DNA of 10,079 nucleotides from a virus: IMG/VR virus record IMGVR_UViG_3300035696_000755; one strand, 5' to 3'. Shown piece by piece: positions 5,992 to 10,079 of this stretch (position 1 is its first letter; each line of letters starts with the position of its first letter). The notes under the pieces were generated by a model. It saw only the letters and a program-made list of their open reading frames with translations, ran no database searches and was not told where the DNA came from. The position numbers and the translations under genes were made by a program.

Positions 5992-6180
5992 ATGATTACC
6001 ATTTTAGCCTGTGTCATTATCATCGGCATCTGCACCCTCACCGCTCTTGGCGTGACTGTCTATTCACACTTCGGCTACTCCAGAGAGGCGGGAGACGGTT
6101 GGTTTGTTATCATCGTTGCTGGCATGATTTTGATGCTCGGCACCATCATCACTCTCTGCAATACAACCAGTTGGAAATAG
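5992..6180 (+). CDS. small membrane protein, 62 aa, two TM helices
   Basis: GAGG at 5983-5986 with a 5-nt spacer precedes ATG 5992. Hydrophobic stretches are ITILACVIIIGICTLTALGVTV and WFVIIVAGMILMLGTIITL. The longer ORF from 5920 has a junk N-terminus. Confidence 0.5.
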   Translation: MITILACVIIIGICTLTALGVTVYSHFGYSREAGDGWFVIIVAGMILMLGTIITLCNTTSWK

Positions 6181-6189
6181 GAGAACATC

Positions 6190-6694
6190 GTGGCAACCAC
6201 AAAGACAGGTATCGGCGTCCTTGCACTCGTGACCGGCGTGGTCATTGGAGCCTTGGGCATGTTCGTAGCTAAGAAGGAAGAGGAGCCCGAGGGCGGTGTG
6301 CTCATCATCGGCTTCCATGACGACAGCGAAGGCGACGAGAGCGGAGCGCAGGGCACGGGCGACAACGACGAGTTCGAAGACCACACCCCCGGACAACACC
6401 ACACTCATCGACAGCCTCGAAGGCATCGAAGTTCCGGGCGAAGGAGCCGACCTGTTGAAGGTCCGCGTCCTCGGCATCGAACGTGCCAAGATGGTTGCCA
6501 TGTGGGGCAGCAAGGGTCACGACCACACGGAACCCACCAAGTTCCAGCGGTTGGTTGACTTGACCACGGAGCATCTGGTCAACATCAAGGCCAACTCCAG
6601 CCACGTCACCGACGACGAGCGTCGTCTCATCGACAGCATCCTCGAAGACCGTGTGGCGGCTGGCGAGGCTGATGCAGACGTACTGGGGATTTAA
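6190..6694 (+). CDS. hypothetical N-terminally membrane-anchored acidic protein. The reading frame breaks near the C5 run at 6386-6390: frame 1 (6190..) switches to frame 2 (..6694). This could be a frameshifted gene or pseudogene, a sequencing indel, or a programmed +1 shift.
   Basis: RBS AGGAGA (6179-6184) with a 5-nt spacer precedes GTG 6190. The frame-1 translation is plausible up to …DNDEFEDHTPG and then turns into R/H/P-rich junk. The frame-2 translation is junk before 6390 and plausible after (…DNTTLIDSLEGIEVPGEGADLLKVRVLGIERAKMVAMWGSKGHDHTEPTKFQRLVDLTTEHLVNIKANSSHVTDDERRLIDSILEDRVAAGEADADVLGI). Confidence 0.35.
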
Positions 6695-6851
6695 CGGCGG
6701 CATACTGGCGGCAGTGTCAGGAGTGGTATTCTACCTCTTGGCACTGCTCGTCTTCGTGTTGGTCTACGGTAGGAACCCACCAGAAGTAATGCCCGAGAGG
6801 TACAGGAATGTTCATATTCCCCGCAGACCCGATAAACCCGAAGGTGATTGA
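6672..6851 (+). CDS. possible small membrane protein (about 59 aa, one TM helix: GILAAVSGVVFYLLALLVFVLVYG)
   Basis: The ORF is open from GTG 6651, with ATG at 6672. The RBS is weak. It overlaps the start of the next gene by 44 nt. If it is not coding, 6695-6807 would be an unusually GC-rich gap. Confidence 0.3.
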   Translation: MQTYWGFNGGILAAVSGVVFYLLALLVFVLVYGRNPPEVMPERYRNVHIPRRPDKPEGD

Positions 6852-7608
6852 CGAATACTTCAAGCCTCAGGCCGAAGCCCTCTCCCCGGAGGGCTATTGC
6901 CTTTTCTCTCTTGAAGAGCGGAGAGTCAGCGGTCCTATTCTCGGACAGACGGTTGTCTATCGCGGTTGGATGCTCAACTCCGAAGACTACTGGACACTGT
7001 ACCGGAAGGTGGACTTCGCGGGTGGGCACATGTTCACGTCGCCACTCGAATACCTCAACACCCATCACATCCCGTTGTGGGCTGGTCTGCTGTACGAGTT
7101 CACTGCCAAGACGGCGGTCTTTCCGAACTCCGAACTCGAAACCCCCGGTTTTGATTTGGTGGCTGCGTTGAACAACCTTGGATGGGAGAAATTCTTCCTC
7201 AAGGACTATGTGAAGTCACTCAAGACGGGCACCGGCTCACTCATCGACCGTGCCGAAGATGCACCCAAGGTGGTAGCATTGATGGAGAAGTATCGCGGCA
7301 CCATCGAGGGTGGCTTGTGCGTTCGCAAGTACGAGCCGGGGCTGCACGATGAACGGCGGTACTTCATTATCAACAAGCGGCTCTTCTGGCCGAAGAGTTA
7401 TCCCGGCAACTTCGACATGCAGTTCATGCTCGACGCCGCTATGAAGAGAGTCAACAGTGCGTTCTACTCTATTGACATTGCGTTGAACCAGCATGACGAA
7501 CCGCGTATAGTAGAACTTGGGGACGGGCAAGTATCCGACCTCACAGGCGATTGGACGCCTGAGATTTTCAGCAAGGTTGTGGAGGAAGGGTTCAATGGGT
7601 ACGTTTGA
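6808..7608 (+). CDS. ATP-grasp fold enzyme (DUF4343-like phage ATP-grasp protein), 266 aa
   Basis: GAGG at 6797-6800 with a 7-nt spacer precedes ATG 6808. The motif order fits ATP-grasp proteins: WEKFFLKDYVKSLKTGTGSLID (P-loop-like KxxxGxxG region), GGLCVRKYEP…ERRYFIINKRLF (compare E-Y-R-V-f-v-v-g-g-k), and IVELGDGQVSDL (compare the …liEvN… metal-binding loop). Confidence 0.65.
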   Translation: MFIFPADPINPKVIDEYFKPQAEALSPEGYCLFSLEERRVSGPILGQTVVYRGWMLNSEDYWTLYRKVDFAGGHMFTSPLEYLNTHHIPLWAGLLYEFTAKTAVFPNSELETPGFDLVAALNNLGWEKFFLKDYVKSLKTGTGSLIDRAEDAPKVVALMEKYRGTIEGGLCVRKYEPGLHDERRYFIINKRLFWPKSYPGNFDMQFMLDAAMKRVNSAFYSIDIALNQHDEPRIVELGDGQVSDLTGDWTPEIFSKVVEEGFNGYV

Positions 7609-7708
7609 ACGTTTCGTTGACAAGTGGGTTATCCCTTTCGTACTCGTTGTTCTTGCGACCGGGGTTGGGGTCTCCATCATCGGTATCATCAAGACGGGGC
7701 CGAGGTAG
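7595..7708 (+). CDS. tiny membrane protein, 37 aa (MGTFERFVDKWVIPFVLVVLATGVGVSIIGIIKTGPR)
   Basis: A strong RBS GGAGGAAGG (7581-7589) with a 5-nt spacer precedes ATG 7595. The start overlaps the stop of the ATP-grasp gene. It has a single TM helix. Confidence 0.45.
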   Translation: MGTFERFVDKWVIPFVLVVLATGVGVSIIGIIKTGPR

Positions 7709-7710
7709 AC

Positions 7711-7872
7711 ATGGGAGCCATCACAGAATTTCGAGAGCAAATCGCACTCCTCAAACTCGCCTTAGAAATGGCTGCTCGTGAGGTTATCAACAGCGAGGGC
7801 ACCTATGGCGAACAAGTCAAACGCAACAACAAAAAGCGTGAATGGATGGAACAGGCTCGGTATGCCAATTGA
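7711..7872 (+). CDS. hypothetical small protein, 53 aa, helical/charged
   Basis: GAGGT at 7703-7707 precedes ATG 7711. The sequence (AITEFREQIALLKLALEMAAREVIN…KKREWMEQARYAN) is protein-like. The longer ORF from 7624 has a Cys/Arg-rich junk N-terminus. Confidence 0.4.
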   Translation: MGAITEFREQIALLKLALEMAAREVINSEGTYGEQVKRNNKKREWMEQARYAN

Positions 7873-8038
7873 CTTAGAAGACCCGCCTAGCCTTCCCGTG
7901 TACTTTCGCTTTTGGGCAGAGAAGTGGAGCCACGAATACGCTCGAAACGCGCTGCTCCATTACCTCACCGCCAAGGGGTTGGCTGAGGATTGCAAGCAGT
8001 GGTTGGACAAAGAGGTTCCTCCAGAGGAAGGTGAATGA
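7862..8038 (+). CDS. hypothetical small protein, 58 aa
   Basis: ATG 7862 overlaps the end of the upstream gene. The SD is weak. The sequence (MPIDLEDPPSLPVYFRFWAEKWSHEYARNALLHYLTAKGLAEDCKQWLDKEVPPEEGE) is protein-like. Confidence 0.4.
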   Translation: MPIDLEDPPSLPVYFRFWAEKWSHEYARNALLHYLTAKGLAEDCKQWLDKEVPPEEGE

Positions 8039-8217
8039 TGATTCCTGCCAGTAACTTTTGCAGCACACTCAATGCGAACGTGAACAACGAAAAGCTGACA
8101 GATGCGGAGTTCCGCGAGTTCGTTCGCAACTCACTGCCCATCGTGGATTTCCCGAGACCCAAAGTAGTCCTTCCAACCGACCATTCTGCATGTAAATTCG
8201 TAGCGAAAGGTAGATAG
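8035..8217 (+). CDS. hypothetical small protein, 60 aa
   Basis: ATG 8035 overlaps the upstream TGA (ATGA). RBS GAGGAAGG sits at 8024-8031. Confidence 0.45.
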   Translation: MMIPASNFCSTLNANVNNEKLTDAEFREFVRNSLPIVDFPRPKVVLPTDHSACKFVAKGR

Positions 8218-8222
8218 GCTCC

Positions 8223-8876
8223 ATGGTTACCGAAACATCCCCCACAGTAGACAAGTACATCCTCATTCTGGACACCGACAAGTACGCCGGAAACTTTGAG
8301 CGTGACCTGACCGCGTATGCCACCGGCCACGTTGGTGAGTGTGAGGTTGGCGACGACCAAGCTGAACTCTTCAACGAAGCTGGGGTGTCTCAAGAAATCA
8401 TTGACGAACTTGAGGACAAGATTCTCTCAATTCCTGACGAGCACGGCTGCTCTCGCCCTTGCGAGATTCAGACCACGCCGAGTTGGGTAAACGATGGCAT
8501 GGGAACGCAGTATAAGCAGTCCATCGACGTGGAACCCACCGCCGAACAGATTCGCACATGGCGTAAGCTGCATCGGGCATCAGCACAGGACACACTTGAT
8601 ACAGCGGTCCGCAACAAGTGGCCGGAAGCCACCATCGCCAACTACACCAAGGCTCTCGCGGCTGTGGATACTGCGGTGCCTCGCTGGTACCTGGCTTACA
8701 ACTCCGTGGGCATCTTCTTCGATGAGCCACCGAGTGATGCAGCCTTGAAGGTAATCATTCCCCGTGCCAAGGAATACTGCACTCGCGAGAACATCACTCT
8801 CGAAGGTGTACGCCTTGTCACAGAGTTTTCTTACACGAAGTCTGAGGAAATCGAATGGGAATCTCTGGTCAGTTGA
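8223..8876 (+). CDS. hypothetical protein, 217 aa, acidic N-terminal half. No motif recognised.
   Basis: This is a long + strand ORF in register with its neighbours, beginning 5 nt after the upstream stop. The sequence is protein-like throughout. Confidence 0.55.
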   Translation: MVTETSPTVDKYILILDTDKYAGNFERDLTAYATGHVGECEVGDDQAELFNEAGVSQEIIDELEDKILSIPDEHGCSRPCEIQTTPSWVNDGMGTQYKQSIDVEPTAEQIRTWRKLHRASAQDTLDTAVRNKWPEATIANYTKALAAVDTAVPRWYLAYNSVGIFFDEPPSDAALKVIIPRAKEYCTRENITLEGVRLVTEFSYTKSEEIEWESLVS

Positions 8877-9130
8877 TTTTTCGAAAAGCCAGCCCTGAAT
8901 TGTGCAGAGAGACGGGCAAGAACCTGATGATGGTTGTTGGGGTTCTCGCTGTTCCTGAGGGCTTGGTAGAGGGGGAAACACAGTATGTGGTCACAGGATT
9001 TCAAGACCCCTGTGACGATGGTCGTATAACGCTGGAAGTCCACCCCTCAACTGCAACCCCACTCACTGAAACAAAGCACCTTGCCACTACGCTTGGACAG
9101 TTGCTTTTGGAACCAATCTGGAGGGTATGA
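8855..9130 (+). CDS. hypothetical protein, 91 aa (alternative start ATG 8927)
   Basis: GAGG at 8844-8847 with a 7-nt spacer precedes ATG 8855. It overlaps the upstream gene by 22 nt. Its stop overlaps the next start (ATGA at 9127-9130). Confidence 0.45.
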   Translation: MGISGQLIFRKASPELCRETGKNLMMVVGVLAVPEGLVEGETQYVVTGFQDPCDDGRITLEVHPSTATPLTETKHLATTLGQLLLEPIWRV

Positions 9131-9630
9131 TGGCCGAGGAGAAACGCATCTATTGCGTCGTCGCTCAAACAGTTCAAGCACCCACAACCACCGCTGTCGT
9201 GTGGAACCCTACCACTGCTCACAACGTTGCCAAAGTGGTTGGGGATGAGAGGACACGGACTATCGTTCAACCAGCCGGTCGCCTCATTGCTCAAGCCGCA
9301 CACGTGGTGAGCAAGACTCGCACGGCGATGTTGGCGAAGCTACTATACAAGGTAGCGAAGGCGGGGAAGAAAAACCCACTGACGTGGGAAGAGACGACTG
9401 CGTTCGTTCCAATCACAACTATTGTACTCAGTGCTCGTGACAGTTACGAATTGCAGCATGTACTCAACCTGCTTCGTGACGCTGAGATTGACGTACACGA
9501 TTTCAACGACTTCAACCAGCCGGATTATGGTGACCCGGAGTGGAAGGTCATGACAGCAATCGCAACAGAACCTGTGAACCCGGAAGAGGTCGTTGGCATC
9601 CTCGACTACCTCCCATTGTGGAAGCCTTAA
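9127..9630 (+). CDS. PTH2-family (aminoacyl/peptidyl-tRNA hydrolase 2)-like protein, 167 aa
   Basis: PAGRLIAQAAHVVSK resembles the PTH2 motif GKGKIAAQCSHAA. The C-terminal segment DFNQPDYGDPEWKVMTAIATEPVNPEEVVGILDYLPL resembles PTH2 DAGRTQIAPGSxTVLAIGPAPxELIDKVTGHLKLL. Domain length and motif order fit. GGAGGG at 9120-9125 precedes the ATG. Confidence 0.55.
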   Translation: MMAEEKRIYCVVAQTVQAPTTTAVVWNPTTAHNVAKVVGDERTRTIVQPAGRLIAQAAHVVSKTRTAMLAKLLYKVAKAGKKNPLTWEETTAFVPITTIVLSARDSYELQHVLNLLRDAEIDVHDFNDFNQPDYGDPEWKVMTAIATEPVNPEEVVGILDYLPLWKP

Positions 9631-9680
9631 AAATTTCCACACAAACCGCTTGCAACTTCACGTAGCAAGTAGTAACGTGA
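9631..9680 (+). promoter_or_regulatory. intergenic region with A-tract (taaaaatttcc, resembling the UP-like element of the two conserved promoters) and two overlapping short hairpins (CTTGC…GCAAG; TCACGT…ACGTGA) upstream of the SPFH gene
   Basis: The inverted repeats sit at 9649-9653/9665-9669 and 9658-9663/9675-9680. No CTAGCCAAAAC box is present, so this is at most a weak or different promoter or operator. Confidence 0.25.
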
Positions 9681-10079
9681 TGCTCGAACTGAGCACCGGC
9701 AAGCCGAAGACCACTGACACCCTCCACCGTGACGTGTACCTGCGGGTTGACCACAACCTCGTATCGGACATCGTTCGCGTTGAGACGGACGATTTGGTCA
9801 ACGTCGATGTGAAGGTTTCCTACCGCGTGAACTTCCTGCGTGAGCACTCGGACAAGTGGTTCTCCGTCGAGAACTATGTCAAGTACCTGTGCGACCACAT
9901 GCGTTCACTGCTCAAGGGTTCCCTCAAGAAGCACGGCGTCACTGCCATCATGAGGGACTCGGCGACACTCATCCGCGATGTTGTCCTCGGCAAGAAGGAA
10001 GGGACGGAAGCCCGTCACCGCTTCTTCGCAGAGAATGGCATGGACGTGTACGACGTGGAAGTTCTCAGCGTGAAGATTG
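9680..10079 (+). CDS. 3'-truncated CDS: SPFH/band-7 (stomatin/prohibitin/flotillin/HflKC) domain protein. The start is uncertain (ATG 9680; frame open from 9629).
   Basis: VNVDVKVSYRVNF…KWFSVENYVKYLCDHMRSLLKGSLKKHG…IMRDSATLIRDVV…DVYDVEVLSVKI parallels the SPFH core (V-x-V-D-a-v-v-y-y-R-V…avynvedyeaal-qla-ttlRsv-G……R-eI……wGikv-rVeIkdI). The frame runs off the window end. Confidence 0.6.
   Translation, partial: MLELSTGKPKTTDTLHRDVYLRVDHNLVSDIVRVETDDLVNVDVKVSYRVNFLREHSDKWFSVENYVKYLCDHMRSLLKGSLKKHGVTAIMRDSATLIRDVVLGKKEGTEARHRFFAENGMDVYDVEVLSVKI

Noticed and set aside
7237-7740. 167-aa minus-strand ORF antisense to the ATP-grasp gene
   Set aside because: It has no start context and overlaps a motif-supported + strand gene. 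It is likely a shadow ORF.
1-10079. CRISPR arrays, tRNA/rRNA genes, IS elements, integrase or att sites
   Set aside because: I saw no direct-repeat/spacer periodicity and no tRNA-like cloverleaf regions. The intergenic regions are all shorter than about 170 nt and are accounted for by promoters and terminators. There are no transposase or integrase motifs, and no terminal inverted repeats. No rRNA is possible given the coding density.

Overview
Reading the sequence by eye, the window looks like a co-directional (all + strand) phage or prophage-type gene block with about 55% GC. Genes are tightly packed and several start/stop pairs overlap (ATGA or ATGTCTAA). Two intergenic regions (470-528 and 4425-4488) carry the same sigma70-like promoter module: an A-tract, then CTAGCCAAAAC, 12 nt, then GGTATACT. 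There are strong intrinsic terminators at 4330-4420 (a tandem pair) and 5482-5509. Recognisable products are: (i) an 838-aa GHKL/Bergerat-fold ATPase, with a pair of DnaJ-type CxxCxGxG zinc knuckles inserted in its ATP lid, translationally coupled to a 421-aa protein that has a C-terminal XRE-type HTH and an SSB-like acidic tail ending in Phe; (ii) a bacterial-type Ku homolog; (iii) an ATP-grasp enzyme; (iv) a PTH2-like peptidyl-tRNA hydrolase; (v) a 5'-partial SPFH/band-7 protein. Small membrane proteins and tiny early-gene-like ORFs fill the gaps. No tRNA, rRNA, CRISPR, or IS/transposase signatures were seen. The long minus-strand ORFs look like antisense artefacts. The most interesting candidate is the insulated two-gene GHKL-ATPase/HTH operon (470-4420). 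It does not match any described defence or anti-defence system I recognise. All homology statements come from motif recognition by eye and need a database search to confirm.
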